Assembly (NCBI RefSeq): GCF_000002075.1
Contig: NW_004797706.1
Location: 184,845-247,257 of the forward strand
Length of the DNA: 62,413 bases
Direction: 5' to 3'
DNA from: Aplysia californica
Taxonomy: Eukaryota
Under the pieces are notes generated by a model that was given only the letters and a program-made list of their open reading frames with translations, was not told where the DNA came from and did not search any database. The position numbers were made by a program, and so were the translations under genes. This document shows positions 11,735 through 24,192 of the stretch, piece after piece; the stretch's first letter is position 1; every line of letters begins with the position of its first letter.

Positions 11735-12370
11735 CTGAGAAGAGAAAAGTAGGTAGGGAGATATTAGATGTCGGAACCCTGGCTTAAAAGATTGCTATAA
11801 ACATCTTAAATTATTTTAAATTTCTTAAATTATATAAGACTAAGAGAGAAAATAAAAGGCAACTTTAACGAAATAAAGGAAAAGATACACGAAAGTAGGA
11901 AATATTATGACGAAATCATGTTGCATTAATGTCACAATGACAATGACAATGACAATATTTATTCATCTCGCAGGGAGGAATATGTCTTGGTCGTTAACAA
12001 TGGCAGTAGACGTTACAAAAGTTAGACTTAAAGGTGCACTCACGCAAACGCACAACAAGACATGACATTAGGCCAAGTAAATACATGTCACACGTGCTGG
12101 GACAACCCGCTCCGTAAAACNNNNNNNNNNNNNNNNNNNNNNNNNNNNNNNNNNNNNNNNNNNNNNNNNNNNNNNNNNNNNNNNNNNNNNNNNNNNNNNN
12201 NNNNNNNNNNNNNNNNNNNNNNNNNNNNNNNNNNNNNNNNNNNNNNNNNNNNNNNNNNNNNNNNNNNNNNNNNNNNNNNNNNNNTTTCTGAAAATGAATG
12301 CCAAAATTTTAGAAAGTCAAAATAAAGAGACCATAAACTGTTTTTAAAAAGTTCGAAACGAAAAACTTAC

Positions 12371-12973
12371 CAAAAAAGGGTCGAATTTGCATCCAAGGAA
12401 AAACTCAAATCCAAGGTATCCAAGAGTTCCTCTCCACCGACTCACAGTGTTTTTTCCATTAGGTAAGATCCGAGAACAACCAAAGTCTCCAAGGATGGCG
12501 TTGTCGGAGGCGTCTAGGAAGATGTTGGCTGGCTTCACGTCCCCGTGTACACAGCGCTGGTCGTGGAGATATCTCAGGGCACAGGTGGTTTGCACAAAAA
12601 CCCGTTCCACTTGGTCCCGCTGGAGCGACTGACGCAATCCATCCAAAGATCCCTGAGAACACAGAGGCATACAGATAGCCAGGAAGCTGTCACACGTGAC
12701 CACCCAGTCCATCTTCATGAGGTGCGGGTGCTGAACGTTGTGCATGATGGTCAACTCCTCGGTTATGTCCCTGAGACCTCGATGTCGTACTTTACTGTCC
12801 AGGTAAGGGATCTTCTTGATTGCCTTACGAATGGAGTCGTCGTTCTTCATGGAAGCTTCCAGAACTTGCGAATTCTTCTTCTTGGCAAGGACACGCACAA
12901 ACTTCATGTTGAAATTCTCCAGAAAGTCTCCATCACGAATGACGGTGACATCGGGAAACGTGAGAGTAGCCAT
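12371..12973 (-). CDS. Ser/Thr kinase copy B, exon 1
   Basis: ATG at 12973, intact 201 codons with HGDVKPAN, DFG and GTLGYLGFE; GTAAG donor at 12370. Confidence 0.88.
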
Positions 12974-13058
12974 GCTAGATATCTGCCGAGTTGTCGAGAA
13001 ATTCTCTAGAGGAAAATACAAGACGTATCCAACCTGTCACTGCGAGAGCGATATGTTG

Positions 13059-13093
13059 AACTGAAGAAATTTCCAGACCCCTTCACTTTTATA
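13059..13093 (-). promoter_or_regulatory. Core promoter of copy B: TATAAAA plus Inr TCAGTT
   Basis: TATAAAA at 13093-13087 and Inr A at 13062 (31-nt spacing). Confidence 0.7.
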
Positions 13094-13208
13094 GTGGAGT
13101 CAAGCGTCCCCCTAAAGAGGGGTATTTGTCTTCAAAAACACCGACACCGATTGTCGGCCCTTGCTTTGACACGGCTTCCATTGTTCACATCACAGACGCC
13201 GGACGCAT

Positions 13209-13340
13209 TGACCATCAGACATCAAAGGGCGGTCACTCAACAATGACCATCAGACATCAAAGGGCGGTCACCCAACAATGACCATCAGACATCAAAGGGC
13301 GGTCACCCAACAATGACCATCAGACCTCAAAGAGCGGCTT
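13209..13340 (+). repeat. Promoter-proximal 35-bp array of copy B (4 units)
   Basis: 35-bp periodicity directly visible. Confidence 0.9.
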
Positions 13341-16300
13341 CCCCATAGAAGGCGACACACATTGACCAGCCACTCTCACAAGCTCACAGATGGTGTACAA
13401 AGTGCAACAGAGTTAAAGAAACACTTGTCTTGTTTTCCTGCAAAAGATGTTTCGAAAAAAAAAAAAAATTATTTTGACACATTTGAAAAAGTACGAACAA
13501 GTAACCTTTTTTCCTTAAAGTAAATTTCTCTCAGTCTTGGCTTTCCTTTTATTTTTTATTTTTTAAATTTGTTTTGTTTTTCTTTGCTTTCAATTGGTAC
13601 TCATGGAAACAGTAATATGTAAACACGGTGAGAAAAATTATAATGCGTTACACAGCTCTTTGCGGGCAAATAGGCTCCTCTATAATTATTTGTTACTAGC
13701 GTATTTTCCTTTTTTTCTGTTTTGGTTTATTTTTTAAAAGAATTTTTTTTTTGGTTGGGGGGAGGGCTGAGGGGGGTTGTTGTCATAAACCTTAACAACG
13801 ATTGTCGGCCCTTGCTTTGACACGGCCTCCATTGTCTACATCACAGACTCCGCCGCTATGACCAGTAGGCATCAAAGGGCGGTCAACCAGTGGAGACCAG
13901 CAGACATTAAAGGACAGTCACTCAGTGGAGACTAGCAGACATTAAAAGTCGGTAATCCAACACTGATCATCAGAAATCAAAGGGCGGTCATTCGTCTGCG
14001 ACCACCTGACAGCAAGGAGCGGTCACCCAATTGTGACCAGTAGACAGCAAAGGGAAATCACACAATCACAACTACCAGACATCAAAGGGCGGTCACCCAG
14101 CCGTGACTAGCACACGTCAAAGAGCGGCTTTCCCAAAGAAGACCGACACACAGTGACCAGCCTTTCTCACCTGCTTCCTGGCCGGAATGGATGCTGAAGC
14201 AAGTACGGGAACCAAAGTATAATAGTATTTCGTAGTAAACGAGGTCATGTGACAATGGTTTAATTCAAGAAGCCCTTAATATAAACAAACGAATTGATGT
14301 TTGTAAAATGACGTCAGTAAACTTTAATGAAGGCTACAGGTTGGNNNNNNNNNNNNNNNNNNNNNNNNNNNNNNNNNNNNNNNNNNNNNNNNNNNNNNNN
14401 NNNNNNNNNNNNNNNNNNNNNNNNNNNNNNNNNNNNNNNNNNNNTCAAAGGGCGGTCACCCAACAATGACTATCAGACATCAAAGGGCGGTTTCCCCATA
14501 GAAGGCGACACACACTGACCAGCCACTCTCACAAGCTCACAGATGGTGTACAAAGTGCAACAGTTAAAGAAACACTTGTCTTGTTTTCCTGCAAAAGATG
14601 TGTCGAAAAAAAAAAAAAAATTATTTTGACATATTTGAAAAAGTACGAACAAGTAGCCTTTTTTTTTCCTTAAAGTAAATTTCTCTCAGTCTTGGTTTCC
14701 TTTTATTTTTTATTTTTAAAATTTGTTTTGTTTTTCTTTGCTTTCAATTGGTACTCATGGAAACAGTAATATGTAAACACGGTGAGAAAATTTATAATGA
14801 GTTACACAGCTCTTTGCGGGCATATAGGCTCCTCTATAATTATTTGTCACTAGCGTATTTTCCTTTTTTTCTGTTTTGGTTTATTTTTTAAAAGAATATT
14901 ATTTTTTGGTTGGGGGGAGGGCTGAGGGGGGTTGTTGTCATAAACCTTAACAACGATTGTCGGCCCTTGCTTTGACACGGCCTCCATTGTCTACATCACA
15001 GACTCCGCCGCTATGACCAGTACGCATCAAAGGGCGGTCACCCAGTACAGACCAGCAGACATTAAAGGACAGTCACTCAGTGGAGACCAGCAGACATTAA
15101 AAGTCGGTAATCCAACACTGATCATCAGAAATCAAAGGGCGGTCATTCGTCTGCGACCACCTGACAGCAAGGAGCGGTCACCCAATTGTGACCAGTAGAC
15201 ATCAAAGGGAAGTCACGCAATCACAACTACCAAACACCAAAGGGCGGTCACCCAGCCGTGACTAGCACACGTCAAGGAGCGACTTTCCCAAAGAAGACCG
15301 ACACACAGTGACCAGCCTTTCTCACCTGCTTCTTGGCCGGAATGGATGCTGAAGCAAGTACGGGAACCAAAGTGTTATAGTATTTCGTGGTAAACGAGGC
15401 CATGTGACAATGGTTTAATTCAAGAAGCCCTTAATATAAATAAACGAATTGATGTTTGTAAAATGACGTCAGTAAACTTTAATGAAGGCTACAGGTTGGA
15501 TAACGTAATAAATACTATCTAAAAATAACATGTTAGATTTTATTAAGAAAATAAAACAGAAAATAATTTTTTGTGACTATTACTTATTGTTGGCCCCTGT
15601 TTGGCACAGCTTTCATTGCCTACACCAGAGGCATCACCACAGTGACCACCAAACTCAAAAGGCAGTCATTCAATATTGACAAGTGACCAGTACACATCAA
15701 AGGGCGGTCACCTAACAATGGCAAGCAGAGATCAAAGGGCGGCTTCCCCAAAGAAGGCCGACACACACTGACCAGCCACTCCTACAAGCTCACAGATGAT
15801 GTACAAAGTGAAGCACGGGTAAAGAAACTTCTTGTCATTTTATTTTCCTGCAAACAATTTATAGCAGAAAAAATACTTTGACAATTTTGAAAAAGTTTAT
15901 CGAAGCAACATGTGAGCTTGGCCCCTCTGTAATTTCTTGTCACAAAGTCATGTATTTGCTTTCATTTTTTATTTTTTTTGCTTTCTTTTTAATCGGTGCT
16001 TTTGGAAAACAAACATGTTGACATGATATTATTGGGTTGACAATATTATGTGGTTCCTTTTATTGTTACAGCCGTATTATCTAGGGATTTATTGTTGTCT
16101 TCAAAAACATAAAGAAAGATTCACGGCCCTTGCTTTTACGTGGCTTCCATTGTCTACATCAAAGACTACGCAGCAATGACCAGGAGACATCAAAGGTTGG
16201 TCACCCAACATTGACCAGTAGACGTCAAACGCTTGTTCTCCCAAAGAAGATCGACACACAGTGACCAGCCTTTCTCACTTATTTCTGCGCCGGAATAGAT

Positions 16301-17890
16301 ACCGAAGGAAGATCGGAAACGGAATTATACTTCTGTTTCGTAGTAAATACAACCTCGAGACAGTATATTAGTTAGAGAAACCTACCCCCCCCCCCCCCTC
16401 CCTCCACCCGAAACCCCCGATACCTCTAGAAAAGCAATACAAAATTAAAGAGTAAAAATACATTTATAAATACTTCACTTTTCAAAACACATTTCATATA
16501 CATTGTAAAAAAAACAGCCCATGTGCCTTTCATGGCATTTATGTTTTACATAGTAATTTAGATCATGAGTGGATACAAACGTGGAAGAGGACGGCCCTCA
16601 TATCTTAAGCCACGCCTTTTATTCACCCATTGTAAGATCCCACGACGAGCGCCTGAACTGAGAGTGTTATGATTGGCCATTTTGTGGTTTCTTTGGCCTT
16701 CGACAAGGAAATGTTTACAGTGTTCATCTTTCTTTGATAATCCTTGTTTTCTTATCACTCTCAGATCAATGGGGAGACTGACAACGATGTTTTTTTGTTG
16801 TTTTTTTATAAATTAATTCAAGTGTTAAAAAGAGGTGAGAGGCGGGAGGGGTTGGAGTAAAAAAGGATAGAGAACGGGTGTGAGGGAGGGGAAGAGGGTG
16901 GAAGAGTGCAGTGTGGGGAAATGAGAGGGGTGGAGGGAAGACAGGCGACTGAACTGAGAGTGTTGGGATTGGTCGTTGTTCGGTTTTCCTGACGAATTAC
17001 TGGGGAATTTCTTCTCACTCTCAGGTCACGGGGTATGGGGAGACTAGCCATGTTTGTTTGTGGGGTTTTGTTATTGTTGTTTTTTGGNNNNNNNNNNNNN
17101 NNNNNNNNNNNNNNNNNNNNNNNNNNNNNNNNNNNNNNNNNNNNNNNNNNNNNNNNNNNNNNNNNNNNNNNNNNNNNNNNNNNNNNNNNNNNNNNNNNNN
17201 NNNNNNNNNNNNNNNNNNNNNNNNNNNNNNNNNNNNNNNNNNNNNNNNNNNNNNNNNNNNNNNNNNNNNNNNNNNNNNNNNNNNNNNNNNNNNNNNNNNN
17301 NNNNNNNNNNNNNNNNNNNNNNNNNNNNNNNNNNNNNNNNNNNNNNNNNNNNNNNNNNNNNNNNNNNNNNNNNNNNNNNNNNNNNNNNNNNNNNNNNNNN
17401 NNNNNNNNNNNNNNNNNNNNNNNNNNNNNNNNNNNNNNNNNNNNNNNNNNNNNNNNNNNNNNNNNNNNNNNNNNNNNNNNNNNNNNNNNNNNNNNNNNNN
17501 NNNNNNNNNNNNNNNNNNNNNNNNNNNNNNNNNNNNNNNNNNNNNNNNNNNNNNNNNNNNNNNNNNNNNNNNNNNNNNNNNNNNNNNNNNNNNNNNNNNN
17601 NNNNNNNNNNNNNNNNNNNNNNNNNNNNNNNNNNNNNNNNNNNNNNNNNNNNNNNNNNNNNNNNNNNNNNNNNNNNNNNNNNNNNNNNNNNNNNNNNNNN
17701 NNNNNNNNNNNNNNNNNNNNNNNNNNNNNNNNNNNNNNNNNNNNNNNNNNNNNNNNNNNNNNNNNNNNNNNNNNNNNNNNNNNNNNNNNNNNNNNNNNNN
17801 NNNNNNNNNNNNNNNNNNNNNNNNNNNNNNNNNNNNNNNNNNNNNNNNNNNNNNNNNNNNNNNNNNNNNNNNNNNNNNNNNNNNNNNNNN

Positions 17891-18765
17891 TCTTTTCCTT
17901 CTCAGTTTCCACGGGCTTGGGACCGTCACAAAGTACACAGTACACTGAGGCCTGATTAAAAAGACGGCGCTACCGAGCGCTCACGTCTGGGGGAGTTAGT
18001 GTTAGTTAATTAGTGGTTAGAGTTGGTTAGTTAGTGATTAGTGTTAGTTAATTAGTGGTTAGAGTTGGTTAGTTAGTGTTAGTTAATTAGTGGTTAGAGT
18101 TGGTTAGTTAGTGTTAGTTAATTAGATTGTTAAAAGTGGTTAATGGTAGTAATTTAGAGGCTAATTTTGGTTTGTCAGCGGTTAATAAATGTTCGTTGAT
18201 TGTTGGCACTGATTAGCAAGAAGTGGGTGCAGGTTTGTCAGTTGTTGATGGAGACAGCTAATATTTTACAAGTTGAGTTTGTTAGATGAGGTGAAACGAT
18301 GGTTAGCTAGTGTTTTAGAATTGGTCATCTGGTATTTTATAGTTAGCGTTATTCAGTTGTGGTTTTATAATTATTGCTGATTAGTTAATATTGTTATGTT
18401 AAAGTTAGTGTTCATTACTTAAGCTCTTTTCTGAATAACTTTTTTGTCTGTTTTTCATTAAATTAAGTAATATTTAATTTAAAACTTGAGTGTACTCGAT
18501 AAGGTGTAATGATGGTTAGCTAGTGTTTTAGAATTGGTTAGTTGGGCTTTTATAGTTAGCGTTATCCAGTTAATGTTGTATAGTTATTCTTAATTAGTTA
18601 ATATGTTGCAGTTAGTTTTAATTATTTAGTTTTCTTTTCCTAATCAGTTTTTAAAGTTTATTTAATTTAGCATTTATTTAGTTTGTGGAGTACATTTAGT
18701 TAATATTGGTAGTTAAAAGTGTTTTAAAATTCTTTAATGGTCTGGTAAATCTTTTAAAAAATATG
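17891..18765 (-). repeat. Orphan copy of the kinase 3'-flank block with no kinase exons
   Basis: Homologous to 3766-4400 and 10251-10870, but continues into a repeat module at ~18770 instead of exon 3. Confidence 0.75.
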
Positions 18766-21618
18766 TTATGCTTCCCCAAAGAAGTTCGACACACACTGAC
18801 CAGCCACTCCCACAAGCTCACAGATGATGTACAAAATGCTACAGAGTTAAAGAAAACGCTTCTCATGTTTTACTGCAAACGATTTGTCGTAAAAAAAGAA
18901 TAATTATTTTGACAAATTTGAAAACGTATGAAGAAGCAACCGTTTTTTCAACAAAGTAAATTTCTCTCAGTCTTGGCTTTCTTTTCGTGTTTTAAAAAAA
19001 ATTGTTTTGTTTTTGTTTGTTTTTAATTGGTACTCATGGAAACAGTAATATGTAAACACTGTAGTCAAAATTATAATGAGTTACACAGCTCTGTACGGGC
19101 GAATAGGTTGAGAATACTATGCTCCTCTATAATTATTTGTTACTAGTGTATTTTCCTTTTTTATCAGTTTTGGTTTATATTTTTAAAGAAAATATTTTTT
19201 GGTATGGTGGGGGGGTAAGGGGGGTTGTTGTCATACACCTTAACAACTATTGTTGGCCTCTATTGTCTACATCACAGACTCCGCCGCTATGACCAGTAGG
19301 CATCAAAGGGCAGTCACCCAGTAGAGACCAGTAGATATCAAAAGGCGGTCATCCAACACTGACCATCAGAAATCAAAGGGCGGTCATTTGTCTGCGACCA
19401 GCAAAGAGCGGTCACCCAATTGTGATCAGTAGACATCAAAGGGAAGTCACACAATCACAACTACCAGACACCAAAGGGCGGTCACCCAGCCGTGACTAGC
19501 ACACGTCAAAGAGCGGCTTCCCCAAAGAAGACGGACACACAGTGACCAGCCTTTCTCACCAGCTTCTTGGCCGGAATGGATGCTGAAGCAAGTACGGGAA
19601 CCAAAGTGTTATAGTATTTTGTGGTAAATGAGGCGTCTTGACAATGTTTTAAATAAACAAACCCTTAATATAAGCAAACGTACTGATGTTTGTAAAATGA
19701 CGTTAGTAAACTTCAATGAAGGCTGAAAGTTGGATAGCGTAATTAATACTATATTATAAAGATAACATGTTATATTTTATTAAGTAAATAAAAACAGAAA
19801 ATAAAAGTTTGTGACTATTATCTATTGTCGGCCCTTGTTTTGGCACGGCTTTCATTGTCTACACTAGAGGCATCACCACAATGACCACAGACATCAAAGG
19901 GTGGTTACCAAACTACGACAAGCAGAGATCAAAGGGCGGCTTCCCCAAAGAAGGCGGACACACCCTGACCAGCCACTCTCACAAGCTCACATATTATTAT
20001 GTTGTACAAAATGCAACATAGTTAAAGAAACCCCTTATCGTTTTATTTTCCTATAAACAATTTATTGCAGAAAAAAATTATTTTAACAAATTTGAAAAAG
20101 CTCATTGGAGCAACATGTGAGCGGGACCCCTCTGTAACTTCTGTGTCACAAAGTCATTTACTTGCTTTCATTTTTTTTATTTTTCTTAATCGGTTCTTTT
20201 ACCTAACTAGAAAACAATATGTTAACATGGTATTATTGGGTTGACACTATTATGTGGTTCTATTAATTGTTACCACCGTATTATCTAAGGATTTATTTTT
20301 TTGTCTTCAAAAACATCAACAAAGATTCACGACCCTTTCTTTTCCCTGGCTTCCATTGTCTACATCAAAGACTACGCTGCAATGGCCAGAAGGAAACAAA
20401 GAGCGGTCACCCAACAGTGACCAGTAGACATCAAAGGCTTGTTCTCCCAAAGAAGACCGACACACAGTGACCAGCCTTTCTCACTTGTTTCTGCGCCGGA
20501 ATAGATGCTGAAGGAAGATCGGAAACGGAACTATTATTATGTTTAGTAGTAAATAAGGCCTCATGACAACATATTAGTTAGAGAAGCCTACCCCCACCCC
20601 CCAAACCCCTGATACCTCTAGAAAGGCAATAAAAAATTAAAGAGTAAAAATAAATGTATTAAATTTTCATTTTTCAAATCACAAATTCATAAACATTGCA
20701 AAAGTAACTAGATCTACTTCGTTGGCACAAACAGCTCATGTCACTTTTCCTTTAACGACACCTTTTGAACACAGTCAAATAGATTACAAGTGGCTACAAA
20801 AGGGGAAGAGACGGCCCTCATATCTTAAGAATGGATGCCGAAACAAGTACGGGAACCAAAGTAGTATAGTATCTTGTAGTAAAATGTGACATGATTTAAT
20901 TAAAGAAATCCTTTTTTAGATGTTGAAACGACAGCAAACCAGAAAAGAGAGAAATAAATTCAAAACCAAAGCATTATTGGAAGAGAACAAGAATCACGAA
21001 AATCCAAATAGAGAGCACCAGAGACTTCCCTGTAGAACTATACGATCTGAAAGGAAAATTCTGTTAGACCATCACAACTGTTCACATTCAACNNNNNNNN
21101 NNNNNNNNNNNNNNNNNNNNNNNNNNNNNNNNNNNNNNNNNNNNNNNNNNNNNNNNNNNNNNNNNNNNNNNNNNNNNNNNNNNNNNNNNNNNCCCCCCCC
21201 CCAACCCCCTTTTTCTTTGTGTATCTTTAATTGGTGGTTCCAAGAACCGTAATATGTTAACACGGTAAGCAAATTAATTTTAAAAGTTATTTCTGAGAAA
21301 ATTGATTGAAAATAGTATGGGGTTCCATTTATTGGTACAAGCGTATTTTCCGTGGATATCTTTTCTTTTTAAATATTCTTCTTGTCACCAAAAACACCGA
21401 CACCTATTGTCTACCCCTGCGTTAGCACGGCTTCCATCGCAGAATCCGTTTCAGTGACCAGTGGACATCAAATAGCGGCCAACTAGCATTTCCTAGTAAA
21501 CTCTAAAGGGAGGTCAACCAACTTTGACCACCAGACATCAGACGCCGGTCAACCAGCAGTTACCAAAGGGCGGTCTTCCAGGAGTGACCAGCACATAGCC
21601 AAGTGCGGTTCTCCCTAA

Positions 21619-21958
21619 GGTGACCGCCCTTTATTGATGGTCCCTGTCTTGTTACTGCCCTTTACTGATGGCCCCAGTCGGGTTACCGCCCTTTACTGAT
21701 GGTCCCTGTTGGGTGACCGCCCTTTACTGATGGTCCCTGTCTTGTTACCCCCCTTTACTGGTTGTCACTGTCGGGTTACCGCCCTTTACTGATGGTCCCT
21801 GTTGGGTGACCGCCCTGTACTGATGGTCCCTGTTGGGTTACCGCCCTTTACTGATGGTCCCTGTCGGGTTACCGCCCTTTACTGATGGTCCCTATTGGGT
21901 TACCACCCTTTACTGATGGTCCCTGTTGGGTGACCGCCCTTTACTGATGGTCCCCGTG
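21619..21958 (-). repeat. 31-bp minisatellite (~11 units), a deletion derivative of the 35-bp unit
   Basis: Unit GGGTGACCGCCCTTTACTGATGGTCCCTGTT; period 31 (e.g. 21661, 21692, 21723). Confidence 0.9.
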
Positions 21959-23587
21959 GCCAGTGTTTCTGATGTGGACAAAAAAGCAATGCTGGGGTAC
22001 TTTTAAAAAGCTTTTGTTTTATTTCGTGTTTAATTTTAGAATTTGTCAAAGTATTTCTTTTTTTAAATAAATCGTTTCCTGAAAAACCCAAATGTTCTTT
22101 TACTCTGTTGTATTTCTTACAAAATCCGTGATCTTTTGAGAATGGCTGGTCAGTGTGTGTGTTCACCATCTTTGGGAAGTCGACCTTGATGTAAGATGCT
22201 CACTATTGCGCGACCTCGGTGCTTTCGTGTCGTGTCTCCATAATTTTAATAACTGCTTAGTTTTTTTTTTAAACCGTGAAAACAGTACATAACAAAGAGT
22301 GAGCTTAAAAAGAAGTTACATTTTTACTGTTAAGAAAATAGAGAGACGACAAGAAAGCACGGAAGTCGCTGTTGGGTGACCAACCTTTGATGTCTGTTGG
22401 TCAGTGCAGCGGCGTCTGTAATGTGTACAAAGGAGGCCTTGTTAAAGTTAGGGCCGATAAAGGGTGTCAGTATTGTTAAAGACAAAACCAAATATTTTTT
22501 ATGGCAGATGGTCAATGCTAGGTGACCGTCTTTTAATGTCTAGCGGTTATGCTTTGGTGACTTCCCTTTGATGTCTGAGGGTCAATGTGGCCGGCTTCAC
22601 CCCACCCCCCAACCACCCACCACCCTTCTCTATACTTCCACATGCAATCCCCTCCCATCCTTCACGCTTTTTGGAGATTTAAAAAGAGATGTCAGCTCTG
22701 AGAGTAAAAAAAAAAATTAAATCCAAAAACCCAATGATTTTTTCAAAGAAAGGTGAACGCAAACTTTCCAGTACTCCTTCAGGGAACTTGAACAATGACC
22801 AATCATAACACCTTTCAGGGCAGTTGCTCGTCTTGGGACCTTACACAGTGTGAAAAAGGCGTGGTTAAAGATATGAGGGCAGTCCTCTTCCCAATTTATA
22901 ACCAATCATGATCTAACTTACTGTGTCCACAAAATGTCGTTAAAGGAAAAGTGACGTGCTGTTTCTGTCAATCATGCACGTACTTTTACAATGTTTATGG
23001 AAAGTGTTAAACCAACTGAAATATTTCATAAACTTTTAATCTCTTCAATTTCTGACAGCTTTCCAATAAGTAATATCGGTTTTTAAAAAGGTTTCTCTTT
23101 TAGTATAATGTCACAAGGCCTCATTTGCTACAAAATATCATTATACTTTGGTCATCGTACTTCCTCCAGCATCCATTCCGGCTAAGAAGCAAGTATGAAA
23201 GTCTGGTCACTGTGTGTCGGTCTTCTTTGGGAGAACATTACTTAGATGTGTGCTCCGTCCTGTGATAGCTGCTGATTGACCAGTGTCTGATGTGTGGTGG
23301 TCTCTGTTGGTTAACCTCCCTTCGATGCCCACTGGTCACTGCGGCAGACTCTGAGATGGAAGCCGTGTTAACGTAAAGCTAGACAATCGGTGTTGATGTT
23401 TTTGGAGACTAATACCAAAAAAAGTAATTCACAGAAAGTACGCTAGTAGTAGCAATATATGGAACCACATACTATTTTCGACCAATTTACTCGGCAATGA
23501 GTTCTTTAATTCATTTGCTTACCGTGTTATTACTGTGTTAACATATCACGGTTTCTGGAAGCACCATTTTTTTCAATTTTTTTTTTG

Positions 23588-24192
23588 GTAAAGTGTTTTA
23601 CGCGCTCGCAACTGCATACGTCATATGAGCGCGCGGGACACACCTAATATTTTCAGTTGGTAGGAAATTTTGAATTTTGCCCAGGTGGCGGCCGAAGCTT
23701 ATTCTTACCGATTTTAGACCACCAAGGGATCTTTAACCTGCGCAACTTGCACACGGGCCCTCCGAGATTTTTCGCCCTTGTCCGAGAAGGCTAGGTGTAG
23801 ATCTNNNNNNNNNNNNNNNNNNNNNNNNNNNNNNNNNNNNNNNNNNNNNNNNNNNNNNNNNNNNNNNNNNNNNNNNNNNNNNNNNNNNNNNNNNNNNNNN
23901 NNNNTCCTACTAGAAGATCAGGGGTGTGGCAGAAAGACAGCAGTAAGGAGGAGCCAAGGAGGAGCAGTAGAAAGGCTGCAGAAAGAGTCAGGAGCCCAGA
24001 GGAGAGGGCAAAGAAGGTGAGAGGGTGGGGGCAGAAAGTGGAAATGAAAGCAGACAACATAACATTGCAGAGCAGGAAAGGAGGTGAAATGAGACAATTT
24101 TAGAGAAGAAAATGTTTCGGTCGCTACACGGATTCGAACCCGGGACCTTTGAATGAGAGACCAACACATTAACCTCTAGGCCACGAGAGCCC
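23588..24192 (-). mobile_element. tRNA-derived SINE, family 2
   Basis: Minus-strand head GGGCTCTCGTGGCCTAGAGG...GGTTCGAATCC (A/B boxes); near-identical copy at 58984-59493. Confidence 0.8.

Larger units (their letters stand above)
590..21615 (+). repeat. Left arm of modular repeat cluster (35-bp minisatellite modules, CATCAAAGGG orientation)
   Basis: Recurrent modules start TGTCGGCCCTTGCTTTGACACGGCTTCCATTGT, contain 35-bp units (TGACCATCAGACATCAAAGGGCGGTCACCCAACAA) and end CAAAGAAGGCCGACACACAC/GTGACCAGCC; seen at ~929, 1680, 7378, 8006, 13151, 13802, 14957, 15587, 16120, 19250, 19825, 20327 and 21407. Confidence 0.85.

Noticed and set aside
16818-17959. Long ORFs through N runs (also near 33.0, 36.2, 41.3, 49.7 and 61.2 kb)
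   Set aside because: Artefacts of stop-free N gaps.
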